Positions 20,036 to 30,275 of a stretch of DNA of 64,000 nt are shown here, one piece after another (position 1 is the first letter of the stretch; each line of letters begins with the position of its first letter). The notes under the pieces are model-generated. The model ran no database searches, had not been told where the DNA came from, and saw nothing but the letters and a program-made list of their open reading frames with translations. Made by a program: the position numbers and the translations under genes. The DNA comes from Fimbriimonadales bacterium (GTDB lineage Bacteria; Armatimonadota; Fimbriimonadia; Fimbriimonadales; Fimbriimonadaceae): the NCBI GenBank assembly GCA_038207365.1, contig JBBQZV010000012.1, positions 30,260-94,259 on the forward strand. Direction: 5' to 3'.

Positions 20036-21069
20036 ACGAAATAAAGGATCAAGATCAAGATTTACGGGAGGCACTCGGAATGAGCCTTATCAGCGAAGAA
20101 CCGTCCGACGACCTATTAAGAGAGCTGCGTGTTATGGCTAGCAAAGTTAAGCCTGCCAGACGAGCCATTTGGCAGCCAGGTTTGGCGGTTGCAGGAGCTT
20201 TTGCTCTGACTTGCGGAATTGCCGTTCTCATGATGGCGCCATCCAAAGCAACAGCCAAGACGTTTGATACGCTAGTTGCTGCTGCTGGCCAAGTAAAGAC
20301 TTTTCAGTTTTCTGTAGACTCCGACGAGCACGGTAAGCAGTCGCATATCCTCATAGCTGGATCAGGCGGACGCTTCACGATTCGTACCGAAGAAGGCGCG
20401 CTCATGCAAATGGATAAGGGCACGATGCAAATCTTTGACCCGACGGAAAACAAAATCACCAGGATGAAATTTGGAGATTTTGTGGACCCAACCATGATTG
20501 CTGAACAGGTTCAGGAAGGCATGGCGGCCGGATTCAAAGAAATGAATCTGAAGAAGACTTTGGAGGATTACAAGCTCAAATATGGCAAAGATCACATCAA
20601 GATCTCTCCGATTACTCGTGAGAATGGGGTTGATGTTTACCATGTGACAATGAATTCACCTAATGAATCGGGAAAGGTGGCTATGACAATTGACGCCGCC
20701 ACCGATTTGCCTCAGGTGATAGACGTGCACGATAAGGATTCAGATGATGGCTCGCCCCATTTCTCGACGGTAAGGATGAAGTTCGGAACGCAAGTTAATG
20801 CTGAGCTCGCTGCGGCAACCTTCCCCAAGAATGCAAAGATCGTTGATATCGACCTCGGAGCACTTATGTCTGGAGCGCTGAAAGGCCTTGATGGCAACAT
20901 GAACGACCTCGACGGATCGATGAATGAATTCGGAAAGCACATGAAAGGGACCAAAGGCGACATGAAGGGCTTGAAAAATCTCGGCCCAATGATCAAGGAA
21001 TCGCTTAAGGGTCTCAAGGGCCCCAAAGGGGAGCATCTCAATATTGACATCGGTTCGCTAAAGAACTAA
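20032..21069 (+). CDS. Putative anti-sigma factor (single TM; periplasmic LolA/RseB-like domain; Gly/Lys-rich repetitive C-terminus)
   Basis: Overlaps the sigma gene by 4 bp. Has a TM segment (GLAVAGAFALTCGIAVLMMA) and a C-terminal low-complexity repeat (GLDGNMNDLDGSMN...KGLKNLG...KGLKGPKG). Confidence 0.55.
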   Translation: MNEIKDQDQDLREALGMSLISEEPSDDLLRELRVMASKVKPARRAIWQPGLAVAGAFALTCGIAVLMMAPSKATAKTFDTLVAAAGQVKTFQFSVDSDEHGKQSHILIAGSGGRFTIRTEEGALMQMDKGTMQIFDPTENKITRMKFGDFVDPTMIAEQVQEGMAAGFKEMNLKKTLEDYKLKYGKDHIKISPITRENGVDVYHVTMNSPNESGKVAMTIDAATDLPQVIDVHDKDSDDGSPHFSTVRMKFGTQVNAELAAATFPKNAKIVDIDLGALMSGALKGLDGNMNDLDGSMNEFGKHMKGTKGDMKGLKNLGPMIKESLKGLKGPKGEHLNIDIGSLKN

Positions 21070-21083
21070 CGAGGTCTTGAGTC

Positions 21084-21124
21084 GGGTCCGTGAAACTGAG
21101 TTTCACGGGCCCGAACTCTTTTTT
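21084..21124 (+). terminator. Rho-independent terminator (14-bp stem GGGTCCGTGAAACT/AGTTTCACGGGCCC followed by TCTTTTTT)
   Basis: A near-perfect inverted repeat 15 bp after the anti-sigma stop codon, followed by a T-run. Confidence 0.7.
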
Positions 21125-21161
21125 CATTCAAACTGCTTGCACATAATGCGGTGCCTGCCGC

Positions 21162-21830
21162 ATGCTAGACACCATGCAGGAATTTGCGGGTACGAAGGAA
21201 TCGCCCGACTACCTGCTGTGCCTTGTAGCAAGACTCAAGCGAATGGGCTATCGCTTTGTAAAGGGCATCTCGTCACACTATGAGTTCGTCCCCTTTCACG
21301 TTCAAGAAAAGCGATCGCGTTTTTGGCTGAAGGAATTGACAAAATTTGATTCATGGTTCCGGTCGCGACTCGTGCTACAGCTTCGTAGCGAGCAGTGGGA
21401 CCTCATGGCGGACGAAGCAGCCAACTATACTGATCCTCTTGAGCTTCAAGCGAGAATGCTTGAAATCGCCGAGGTTTCTCCTCAAGCCCGGAAGTTCGTG
21501 ATGGAAACCATTGACGGTGCCCCAACAACTATCCTCTTCCACACCTTGGTCGACCAAGCAGTAAAGCGCAACGACCAGTCCTTCACTATTACGTTGGCAA
21601 AAGGAACTGACAACCTTTTTCGAGTTGACTTCGGTTCTGACTACACCCAAGAATCAAGTGATTTTCCAAAGGAGTTGGCGTCTGCAATGCGTGGATACAT
21701 TGCTCTGGTACAGATGGTTGGTTACAAGCACGTTAAACCTTTCGTATCGATTAATGGCGCTCAAGCCGAAAATGTGCACGTTCGCCACATCGACGAGCAA
21801 ACGGTTGAATTGACTGTTATCGCATCATGA
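21162..21830 (+). CDS. Hypothetical protein
   Basis: 222 aa with no assignable motif. Its end overlaps the next gene start by 4 bp (ATGA). Confidence 0.35.
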   Translation: MLDTMQEFAGTKESPDYLLCLVARLKRMGYRFVKGISSHYEFVPFHVQEKRSRFWLKELTKFDSWFRSRLVLQLRSEQWDLMADEAANYTDPLELQARMLEIAEVSPQARKFVMETIDGAPTTILFHTLVDQAVKRNDQSFTITLAKGTDNLFRVDFGSDYTQESSDFPKELASAMRGYIALVQMVGYKHVKPFVSINGAQAENVHVRHIDEQTVELTVIAS

Positions 21831-23098
21831 ATCAAACCCAGAACTGGGCTCGCAACCTGACTTACAACTCAGTACGCCTGGAGATGCCGTCCACTCTATC
21901 CGAAGCTCAGGAGATTGTTCGGGCTTCAAGTCGAATCAAAGCCTTGGGGACTCGTCATTCGTTTAGCAATATCGCGGACACTATTGGGACGCAGATCTCA
22001 TTCCAAAACATGGCGCAGGTTCTCGATTTGAATTTAGACCAGGGCACCGTTACCCTTCAAGCTGGCATGAGATATGGCGAACTGGGCGAGTTTCTGACTG
22101 CCCATGGCTATGCCCTTCCTAACCTCGCTTCCCTTCCCCACATTTCTGTCGTTGGGGCATGCATGACTGCAACCCACGGGTCGGGCTCTAAGAACGGAAA
22201 CCTCGCTACTTCTGTATCTGGTGTCGACTGGATCAAGGCTGATGGCTCGATCGAAAAGGTCACACGAGAGTCGAACCCAGACCTTTTGAATGGTTCGGTG
22301 GTCTCCTTGGGGGCTCTGGGGATTGTCACGGCTATTACGCTGGATATCGTCCCGAGTTACTCGATTCGGCAAGACGTTTATGATAATGCACCGATCGATG
22401 AAGTTCTAGAGAATTTCGATTCGATCATGTCCGGTTCGTACAGTACAAGTCTGTTTACCGACTGGAATTCTGGCGTCGCTCAGATTTGGCGGAAAAGCAC
22501 ATGCCTGGAGAACGAAGACATTGATGCGCCTGCAACATACTTTGGCGGTCGGCTCGCCGTCGAAAACAGGAATCCTGTCAGGGAGAGTTCGCCGATCAAC
22601 TGCACGGATCAAGGCGGCCGCCCCGGGCCCTGGAACCATCGTCTGCCGCATTTTCGAATGGAATTCACACCAAGCTGTGGAGAAGAACTCCAAGCCGAAT
22701 ACTTTGTATCTCGAACGGATGCACCCCATGCTTTACGTGCGATCCTCTCAATCGGTCACGAGATCGCGCCTCATTTGCATATCAGCGAAATAAGAGCAAT
22801 TGCTTCCGATGACCTATGGTTAAGTCCATGTTTTCGTCGGGAAAGTATAGCAATACACTTTACTTGGCACAAAGATTGGCACGCCGTTAAGCCATTGATG
22901 ATCAAAGTGGATGCCTTGCTGGAACCGTACCAACCTCGTGTTCATTGGGGGAAACTGTTCACACTTGCCCCACAAGTCTTGTTCAAACGCTATCCTCGTT
23001 TGGTGGACTTCCAAGAGTTGGCGGCCCAGCAAGATCCGCAGGGAAAATTCCGGAACCCGTTTCTCGATCGTTATGTCCTGCCTGGGAACTCTCATTAG
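21827..23098 (+). CDS. FAD-linked oxidoreductase, aldonolactone/alditol oxidase family (D-arabinono-1,4-lactone oxidase-type C-terminal domain)
   Basis: N-terminal FAD_binding_4-like region (LGTRHSFSN...VSVVGACMTATHGSG) and a C-terminal ALO domain with the HWGK motif (RVHWGKLF). Confidence 0.65.
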   Translation: MNQTQNWARNLTYNSVRLEMPSTLSEAQEIVRASSRIKALGTRHSFSNIADTIGTQISFQNMAQVLDLNLDQGTVTLQAGMRYGELGEFLTAHGYALPNLASLPHISVVGACMTATHGSGSKNGNLATSVSGVDWIKADGSIEKVTRESNPDLLNGSVVSLGALGIVTAITLDIVPSYSIRQDVYDNAPIDEVLENFDSIMSGSYSTSLFTDWNSGVAQIWRKSTCLENEDIDAPATYFGGRLAVENRNPVRESSPINCTDQGGRPGPWNHRLPHFRMEFTPSCGEELQAEYFVSRTDAPHALRAILSIGHEIAPHLHISEIRAIASDDLWLSPCFRRESIAIHFTWHKDWHAVKPLMIKVDALLEPYQPRVHWGKLFTLAPQVLFKRYPRLVDFQELAAQQDPQGKFRNPFLDRYVLPGNSH

Positions 23099-23234
23099 CA
23101 GGTCCTTCTAGCTGATTCGAATCGTCTGAACCTTAGGAGAATCCACCATCGCAAAGCACTTAGCCGAAGAATTCAAGAAGATCCAGACTTTCCAGGACAT
23201 CTGGGCAGACCGCATTACTGCTTTTGCAGGCAGC

Positions 23235-23537
23235 ATGGCGTTCGTTTACTTACACGCGGTCATCTTTTTCGTCTGGATTGTTGCAAATCTCATTCAAGAC
23301 AAACATGGATTCGATCCTTTCCCATTTGGGCTACTTACGCTAATTGTTAGTCTTGAGGCGATCTTCCTGTCCACATTCGTCATGCTGTCCCAAAACCGGC
23401 AAGGCAAACAGGCGGATTTGAGGTCAGAACTCGACTACGAAGTAAATGTGAAAGCAGAACTCGAGGTCGAAGAAATCAAGATCCAACTAGACGAAATCCG
23501 AGCCATCCTCGAAAACTCGATCATTACGCCTAAATGA
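23235..23537 (+). CDS. DUF1003-family small membrane protein
   Basis: Matches the DUF1003 consensus FGLLTLIVSLEAIFLSTFVMLSQNRQ. The frame is open for a further 35 codons upstream without an ATG. Confidence 0.5.
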   Translation: MAFVYLHAVIFFVWIVANLIQDKHGFDPFPFGLLTLIVSLEAIFLSTFVMLSQNRQGKQADLRSELDYEVNVKAELEVEEIKIQLDEIRAILENSIITPK

Positions 23538-23638
23538 CTTAGAAACCCGTCCAGGGTCTATAGGTGTCACAAGCGCCACAACAGACACCGCTAGAGCTCA
23601 AAAGCGGATGGCTTGGGCGTAGAAAAAAGGAAAGGAGT

Positions 23639-23714
23639 TGGCTGCCAGACTAGGGCTTGAACCTAGAACCTCCTGATTCAGAGTCAGGCGCTCTGCCAAT
23701 TGAGCTATCCGGCA
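23639..23714 (-). tRNA. trnQ: tRNA-Gln (anticodon CTG)
   Basis: Reverse-complement cloverleaf has acceptor TGCCGGA/TCTGGCA, D-arm GCTC-AATTGGCA-GAGC, anticodon stem CCTGA/TCAGG with loop CTCTGAA, T-arm CTAGG-TTCAAGC-CCTAG, and an encoded CCA. Confidence 0.85.
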
Positions 23715-23800
23715 ACGAATGAGGATTTTACCCGGACTCCATTCCGATTCGCGACGTTATCGGGTTCAAATGCCTGAGGTGATAACCCCAGGCACATGCC

Positions 23801-25528
23801 CTACTTCTTCTCGATCTTGGACCATGAATCTTTCAAACTCACGGTTCGGTTAAATACCAAGGAGTCGAGATTGGTGTCCTTGTCAACGCAGAAGTAACCC
23901 AGCCTTTCGAACTGGTAACGAGTTCCTGCGGTCGCGTCCTTGACACTGGGCTCAATGAAGCAAGTCGAGACGGTCTTCGACAGGGGATTGAGGTTAACCA
24001 GATAATCCTGCCCTTCTTCAAAATCGTCCGGATCTTCTTTCACGAAGAGATGCTCATAGAGTCGCGTTTCGGCGGTCAAGCAGTGCTTCGCTGCTACCCA
24101 GTGTAAGGTGGCTTTGACTTTCCGACCGTCGGGAGAATCACCGCCACGGGTTTCTGGATCGTAAGTGCAGTGGAGCTCCACCACTTCTCCGTTTTCGTCT
24201 TTGATGATTTCGTTACATTTGATGAAGTAACCGTAGCGAAGTCGCACCTCGCGCCCCAACGTCAAGCGAAAGAACTTGGGAGGTGGAACCTCTCGGAAGT
24301 CATCTTGCTCTAGGTAGAGTTCGCGTGCAAAAGGAACCTTTCGCGTTCCCGCTTCAGGAGCCTCCGGATTGTTGATGGCGTCAACGTATTCCACTTGGTC
24401 CTCTGGATAATTGGTGATGATGACCTTGATTGGGTTCATTACCGCCATCACTCGCTGGGCGCACTTATTCAGATCTTCTCGGACGCAGCTTTCCAGGGCA
24501 TGCCACTCGATCGTGCTGTCTGCCTTCGAAATGCCGATTCTCTTGCAGAACTGGGCAATCGAATCTGACGTATAGCCTCTTCTCCGAAGGCCAGCGAGTG
24601 TTGGCATTCGTGGATCGTCGTAACCATCCACATGCTTGCCGTCCACCAATTCAATGAACCGACGTTTGCTCATTACGGTGAAGGGCAATTTCAATCTGGG
24701 AAATTCGATCTGCCTTGGATGGTAGATTCCCAATTCATCCAGGAACCAATCGTAGAGTGGCCGATGGATTTCGTACTCAAGGGAGCAAAGCGAGTGCGTA
24801 ACCCCTTCAATTGAATCTTCAAGGCCATGTGCCCAATCGTATGAAGGGTAGATGCACCATTTATCACCTTGACGGTGATGGTCAGTGTGCCTAATCCGGT
24901 ACATGAACGGATCGCGCATCACAATATTCGGCGAAGCCATATCGATCTTGGCTCGCAACGTGCACGCGCCATCTGGGAATTCTCCCTGTCGCATCCGAGC
25001 GAACAAGTCGAGATTTTCCGCCACACTTCTGTTTCTATAGGGGCTGTCCTCGCCCGGAGAAGTTAAAGTTCCCCTTGTCTTGCTTAGCTCTTCGGGAGAA
25101 AGGTCACAAACATATGCTTTGCCCTTCTTTATAAGTTCAACCGCCCAATCATACATTTGGTCAAAGTAATCAGACCCAAACAGGAGGCGATCTTCCCAGT
25201 CGGCACCTAGCCATTTCACGTCTTCGATGATCGCATCCACAAATTCCTGGTCTTCCTTAACGGGATTCGTGTCATCAAATCGAAGGTTAAATTTTCCGCC
25301 AAAATCTCGGGCAATGCCATAGTCGATCCAAACCGCCTTCGCGTGTCCTATGTGAAGATAGGCATTGGGCTCAGGTGGAAACCGGGTGTGAACTCGGTCA
25401 AATCGACCTTCTGCGAGATCTTGCCTGATGGCGTCCCGAATGAAGTCGGACACGACTTCCGGGGTTTCGACCTGGGCCTGAATATCTATCCCAGCTTCAG
25501 CGACATTGATACCTGCTGTATTTTCCAT
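23801..25528 (-). CDS. glnS: Glutamine--tRNA ligase (GlnRS)
   Basis: Class I HIGH motif (LHIGHAKA), the E. coli-type KMSKS variant VMSKR, and a long C-terminal anticodon-binding region. The start is probably at [11 protein letters not shown]; the ORF is open to 25573. Confidence 0.85.
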   Translation of the reverse strand: MENTAGINVAEAGIDIQAQVETPEVVSDFIRDAIRQDLAEGRFDRVHTRFPPEPNAYLHIGHAKAVWIDYGIARDFGGKFNLRFDDTNPVKEDQEFVDAIIEDVKWLGADWEDRLLFGSDYFDQMYDWAVELIKKGKAYVCDLSPEELSKTRGTLTSPGEDSPYRNRSVAENLDLFARMRQGEFPDGACTLRAKIDMASPNIVMRDPFMYRIRHTDHHRQGDKWCIYPSYDWAHGLEDSIEGVTHSLCSLEYEIHRPLYDWFLDELGIYHPRQIEFPRLKLPFTVMSKRRFIELVDGKHVDGYDDPRMPTLAGLRRRGYTSDSIAQFCKRIGISKADSTIEWHALESCVREDLNKCAQRVMAVMNPIKVIITNYPEDQVEYVDAINNPEAPEAGTRKVPFARELYLEQDDFREVPPPKFFRLTLGREVRLRYGYFIKCNEIIKDENGEVVELHCTYDPETRGGDSPDGRKVKATLHWVAAKHCLTAETRLYEHLFVKEDPDDFEEGQDYLVNLNPLSKTVSTCFIEPSVKDATAGTRYQFERLGYFCVDKDTNLDSLVFNRTVSLKDSWSKIEKK

Positions 25529-25725
25529 TTTCTTCGTAATCGATCGATTCCAACCTGCATGACAATCGACCAATTTTTATGACGATTCCTTCTAAAGTAT
25601 ACGGTTGCGCGTTCATTGCAGACCGTGTTGAACCCCAATCTGAAGCTTTGAAGGAGCTAAAACGCATAATTCCTTGAATGAGGACAGTAATTTACTACGG
25701 ATGCTGTGTTACTCTATGATCTGAC

Positions 25726-26265
25726 ATGACACAAATTTGGCTCGTCCTCGTAGCAATCGCGCATATAGCGTCTGCATGGATGCCATTCGATGCAAGGTTC
25801 GTTCAATCATCGATGGGCCGAAATGTTACGATCTGTCTAGACGGCCAAAACATCCACACTACGTTCGCTGGCAAACTGGGCTTCCAGGATAATGCGGGCA
25901 GTTGGTATTCGGTCTGCGCCAATCCTCGAGCCCCCATATCTCAAGGGCAGATTATGAATATCCGCCCAGCAGACTCTTCCAAGATTGGTGGACACATTGC
26001 CTTGGCTGGCAATATCGTCGCTCGCTACTTCCGTGAAGCTCAGACGCCAGATCAATGCGCGGGCCTTCAGATTGCGGTTTGGAAAGCGATTGAGGACGGA
26101 ACTGAGCAACCTGATTTTGGGTCTGGGCACTTCCAGGTCATGGCTAGTTCAAATGTTCTGGCGTACGCCCAAAAATACTATCAGGCAACGCAGGCTCCTG
26201 CTGCATCACTTTTCTTTGCGGCGGGCGGAGCTGGTCAAAGCCAGCTAACTATGCCAGTGAATTGA
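25726..26265 (+). CDS. Secreted hypothetical protein
   Basis: N-terminal signal-like segment; 179 aa. Confidence 0.3.
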   Translation: MTQIWLVLVAIAHIASAWMPFDARFVQSSMGRNVTICLDGQNIHTTFAGKLGFQDNAGSWYSVCANPRAPISQGQIMNIRPADSSKIGGHIALAGNIVARYFREAQTPDQCAGLQIAVWKAIEDGTEQPDFGSGHFQVMASSNVLAYAQKYYQATQAPAASLFFAAGGAGQSQLTMPVN

Positions 26266-26475
26266 TTTAGAAGTTGGTCCTAAGAACCATCTGGAAAGCC
26301 TGAACTTAGCTTCCGCGCCCTAGTGCAATTGCTGGGGCCATAGAGCCTATTTTTGGGGCTGATTATTTGGGACTTACGACCATATCGTTTGGTAGTTTTC
26401 CAGTTCAAGAGAACAATTCCATTTGTTAAGAGATCTGTCACTTTGCAGATCAAAAACAAAGATTGGAATCACCCT

Positions 26476-27453
26476 ATGGACACAAACGACAATCGATTGG
26501 CCGGTCTCCCTTTGACACGACGCCAATTCATGAAGAATTTGGGTTGGGCGGGGTCCGGCCTTTTGTTTGCCGTTAATGGTGGCGTACCACGATGTTTTAA
26601 CCTTGCAGAAGCGGGCAATGCCGGAGTGCTAAGCGAGGCGGTCCGGGATTCTTCATTCTCATTTGTACATCTTTCAGATAGCCATATTGGATTTAACAGG
26701 GAGCCCAACCATGACGTCTTGCAGACGCTCAATGCGGCGATAAGCAAGATCAATTCTGCCGATGCAAAGCCCGAGATTCTGCTTCACACAGGAGATTTTA
26801 CTCACAACTCTCTTCCAGAGGAGTTTGATGCATTTGAGTCGACAATGAAAAGCGCGAAAGTCGATAGTCGCCTGTATATCCCGGGTGAACATGATGTACG
26901 CGACATTACCGGTCATAACTATCGAAGCCGGTTTGGAAGTGGAACTAAAGGGGATGGTTGGTACAGCCTAAATCACAAAGGTGTCCACTTCGTCGGATTG
27001 ATCAACGTCATGAACTTCAAGCCTGGGAAGATGGGAGAACTTGGGTTAGCTCAACTCGAATGGCTGGAGAAGGATCTGGAAGGATTGAGTTCCAGCACGC
27101 CCCTCGTTATCTTCTCTCATATTCCTTTGCTACCCATCTATCCAGAGTGGGGCTGGGGAACAAGTGACGGCGATCGTGCGATCGCAATGTTTCGGAAGTT
27201 TGGTTCGGTCACTGTTCTCAATGGCCATATCCATCAATCCATGCAGAAAACCGAAGGCAACCTAACCTTTCACTCGTCGTGTTCGACTTCGTATCCACTT
27301 CCCTACCCTGGCTCAGCAAAAAGTCCCGAACCTTCAGCGGTTGCTGCGAATACGCTTCGCAGCCTGCTAGGCTTAACGACGCTTATATACTTTGACCATG
27401 AGACCCGCTTGGCGGTCATTGACTCGTCCCTTAGGGGGACTGATCTAGGTTAG
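26476..27453 (+). CDS. Tat-exported calcineurin-like metallophosphoesterase
   Basis: Twin-arginine motif TRRQFMKNLG. Phosphoesterase motifs D-x-H (SDSHIG), GDFTHN, GEHD and NGHIH. The start was moved to the ATG at 26476. Confidence 0.7.
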   Translation: MDTNDNRLAGLPLTRRQFMKNLGWAGSGLLFAVNGGVPRCFNLAEAGNAGVLSEAVRDSSFSFVHLSDSHIGFNREPNHDVLQTLNAAISKINSADAKPEILLHTGDFTHNSLPEEFDAFESTMKSAKVDSRLYIPGEHDVRDITGHNYRSRFGSGTKGDGWYSLNHKGVHFVGLINVMNFKPGKMGELGLAQLEWLEKDLEGLSSSTPLVIFSHIPLLPIYPEWGWGTSDGDRAIAMFRKFGSVTVLNGHIHQSMQKTEGNLTFHSSCSTSYPLPYPGSAKSPEPSAVAANTLRSLLGLTTLIYFDHETRLAVIDSSLRGTDLG

Positions 27454-27468
27454 TACCGTAAGCATCTG

Positions 27469-28167
27469 CTACCAGCAAATCGAGTTGGGATCTCCGTTCA
27501 TGACCTCGCGAAAACGGTCACGCGCTTTCATCACTTTGGCATGTCCATCTAGAAATGCCAATGCTGTTCCGCCAGAGTGCCATTCAGCGAACTGATCGGT
27601 TTCTGGATTAAGAAAACCATCGTTCGTTCCACTCTGCGAGGCAAAAAGTGACCCGCTCGTGCCTTCTTCACCTATCAGCATCATTGAAGACGGATTAGCC
27701 GCTGAGCCAGCATTGATTGAACTGTTAAAGCCCAGTTGGAAAGGCGTTTTGACCAAGCAACCGTTATATGCGAACGACAGTCCAGATTCCTTTGCCCCTG
27801 GGTCGTTCGCACTTTGGTAGATCTGTTTGGAATTCACGTACTGATAAATCGTCCCTCGACTGACATCGAACTTGCCAGCCGTAGATCCACTGTTTGAAAA
27901 CTCGGAGTAGTAGGTCCATCCATCGAGCCTTCCCACTCCCGGAAAGCCATCGGCCACGTTCGGCAACCCATCATCGTTATCTTCCTCATATAGACTGAAG
28001 CCCATACCGAGTTGGCGGATATTAGAGAGCGTGGTGGTCGTTTTAGCTGCCAGTTTGGCTTTAACAAAGACCGGAAAAATCAAACCCGCAAGGATGGATA
28101 TGATCGCGATTACAACCAGGAGTTCGATCAAAGTAAATCCTTCGAGCTTTAATTTTTTCAATTTCAT
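27469..28167 (-). CDS. Prepilin-type N-terminal cleavage/methylation domain protein with H-X9-DG (DUF1559) C-terminal motif (type II secretion/type IV pilin-like)
   Basis: GFTLIELLVVIAIISILAGL N-terminal methylation motif. The C-terminus has WHSGGTALAFLDGH. Confidence 0.8.
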   Translation of the reverse strand: MKLKKLKLEGFTLIELLVVIAIISILAGLIFPVFVKAKLAAKTTTTLSNIRQLGMGFSLYEEDNDDGLPNVADGFPGVGRLDGWTYYSEFSNSGSTAGKFDVSRGTIYQYVNSKQIYQSANDPGAKESGLSFAYNGCLVKTPFQLGFNSSINAGSAANPSSMMLIGEEGTSGSLFASQSGTNDGFLNPETDQFAEWHSGGTALAFLDGHAKVMKARDRFREVMNGDPNSICW

Positions 28168-28325
28168 TTTTCTATACTCTCGTTAGGTAAGCCACCCTCC
28201 CAAGGTTGCAAGCTTTTGGAGTTTTTCTCGATTGTATTACCAAAACAGCCTGGGACTTGATCTCTTTCCGCTGACTTCGAGTGGAAGCCTCGAAACAGGC
28301 AATTAACTTGTTGTAATCTAGTTCA

Positions 28326-29036
28326 ATGAACTTGGAGCCTTTAATTGAGGTTTTCGTTCGCGGATTTGCTGCTGGCAAGAGCCTATTTCATCCGTATCTA
28401 GCTGAAAAATCTGGCGACCTGTGGGTTATGCGAGATGGACCTGGACGAAAAGAGCCAAGGGTGATTGAAGTGGTTGCCTACGGCATCTCAGCTGCTGAGA
28501 CAGTAAGACAGGTCCAGCAGTTGGGACTTGGCAAACACTCTCTTTGCGTCATGCATGAAACTGATCAGGACTTTGATGAAGTTAGGTCGGAATACAAAGC
28601 TCGCGGTTATCGTGCTCGCTCTGCGGAAGCGCTATTCCACCACGATATGGCGACCATTCCGCTTTTTGAGTCTTTGCCCGCTGTACGAGTTGTAGGCCCG
28701 GATGACATTCCAAGGAGCCAGAGGTGGCTTAAGTGCCAGCGACCTGAGGCCCTGGTTTACGGTATCTGGGAAGATGGCTCCGACATTGGATTAGGGTGGG
28801 TTAAATCGACCAAAGTTATAGATTCAGCATGGATCTCGGATCTTTTTGTCTACTCTGATAAGAGAAACAAGGGCTATGGTCGTGCCCTTATGAGCAGCAT
28901 GTTGCTTGGCGACCAAGCAAGGGGAATAACCAGCAGCGTGCTGCTAGCAAGCGCAGCAGGTGCGAGGGTCTATCCACATCTTGGTTATTCGAAAGTCGGA
29001 ACGCTACAGCTTTTCCATTGTCCCAAAACAAGCTAG
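28326..29036 (+). CDS. GNAT-family N-acetyltransferase (C-terminal GNAT fold)
   Basis: C-terminal acetyl-CoA-binding motif YSDKRNKGYGRALM...AGARVYPHLGY. Confidence 0.5.
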   Translation: MNLEPLIEVFVRGFAAGKSLFHPYLAEKSGDLWVMRDGPGRKEPRVIEVVAYGISAAETVRQVQQLGLGKHSLCVMHETDQDFDEVRSEYKARGYRARSAEALFHHDMATIPLFESLPAVRVVGPDDIPRSQRWLKCQRPEALVYGIWEDGSDIGLGWVKSTKVIDSAWISDLFVYSDKRNKGYGRALMSSMLLGDQARGITSSVLLASAAGARVYPHLGYSKVGTLQLFHCPKTS

Positions 29037-29038
29037 CC

Positions 29039-29809
29039 TTAGCGCGAGTTATTCATGTACTCGCCAGGACTTGAGCCTAGTTCACGCTTGAACATGGCGA
29101 GGAAGCTACTCGGGATGCTGTATCCGAGTTGAAAGGAAACTTCGCTAACTGTTTCGCCTTGTGCAATCATTTGCAAGGCGATCAAGATATCTCGACGCCT
29201 TCTCCACTGCCCAAGACTCATACCCGTTTCTTTCTGAAAAGCTCGTTCAAGTGTTCGCCTACTTGTACCGCAATCGCTGAGTGCCTTAGCAAATCCGTCG
29301 ATTCCCTTGGCATCGTCATTCAAGGATTCTACAAATCGGAGTGGACTGGCTGAACTGGGGTGAGGCAACTGTAAAGGTGCTCGATCAATCGTCTGAATTT
29401 CATCCCAGATCAATTCTGCGATGCGCCTCTGGCGATCATCCGTGGAGTAAAGCGCCCCGATCCTCACCACGCGAAGAATGAGTTCTTTCAACAAGGCCGA
29501 CACGTTTACAACCGAACACAAAGACAGACTATCGCCAAGTTCGCTATAGGACTTCCTCAGATAGATCATTCGGAGCGCAGTCCTTCCTTTGATCTCCAGT
29601 CTGCATTCGATTCCTGCCGGCAACCATACGGCACGATGAGGAGGCACTATCCAATATCCCGGCTCGGCGCTGACCTTTAGCACTCCGTGAGATGCGTACA
29701 CCAAGGTGCACCATTCGTCCGAGGCAGGTGGATTCAGCACCGTGTCGCTGAGGGTAAGGCCATAAGTTCTTACGATATCTGGATCTAAGCTTTGTCGTAA
29801 ATTCGACAT
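29039..29809 (-). CDS. AraC-family transcriptional regulator (cupin N-domain + HTH)
   Basis: C-terminal AraC HTH (RRTLERAFQKETGMSLGQWRRRRDILIALQMI...GYSIPSSFLAMFKRELGSSP). Confidence 0.8.
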   Translation of the reverse strand: MSNLRQSLDPDIVRTYGLTLSDTVLNPPASDEWCTLVYASHGVLKVSAEPGYWIVPPHRAVWLPAGIECRLEIKGRTALRMIYLRKSYSELGDSLSLCSVVNVSALLKELILRVVRIGALYSTDDRQRRIAELIWDEIQTIDRAPLQLPHPSSASPLRFVESLNDDAKGIDGFAKALSDCGTSRRTLERAFQKETGMSLGQWRRRRDILIALQMIAQGETVSEVSFQLGYSIPSSFLAMFKRELGSSPGEYMNNSR

Positions 29810-29812
29810 TCA

Positions 29813-30268
29813 TTGACCTTATACCGCTATATCGACACAAAGAATGCAACGGATAATTGTTTCGTGCAAATACAACCCGCCCCAAACCAGGTCGCCCATT
29901 TTTCAATTAACGCTGACGATGTCACCCGAGCCCGAACCTTCTATGAACAGGTTTTTGGCTGGAGATTCCACGCCTATGGCCCGCCAGGTTTCTACATGAT
30001 TGAGATGGTCGCAGCACCTGCAGTACCTTCACCGCTCTTGGGTTCTCTACAAGGCCGTCGTGAACTCGTCAAAGGGATGAGAACCCAAGGATTTGAATGC
30101 ACGATTGCCGTTGCAGACATTCAAACAACAATTAACCTGATCGAATCGCATGGCGGCAAAATCATCATGCCAAAGTGCACCCTCCCCTCGATTGGGCACT
30201 TATGCTTCTTTCAAGACCCTGAAGGGAATGCGGTAGGGGCAATGCAATACGATTCGAACGCGGAATAG
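29813..30268 (+). CDS. VOC (glyoxalase/bleomycin-resistance/dioxygenase) family protein
   Basis: VAHFSINADDVTRARTFYEQVFGW...GNAVGAMQ. Divergent from the AraC gene, with only 3 bp between their starts. Confidence 0.65.
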   Translation: MTLYRYIDTKNATDNCFVQIQPAPNQVAHFSINADDVTRARTFYEQVFGWRFHAYGPPGFYMIEMVAAPAVPSPLLGSLQGRRELVKGMRTQGFECTIAVADIQTTINLIESHGGKIIMPKCTLPSIGHLCFFQDPEGNAVGAMQYDSNAE

Positions 30269-30275
30269 TCGGCAT

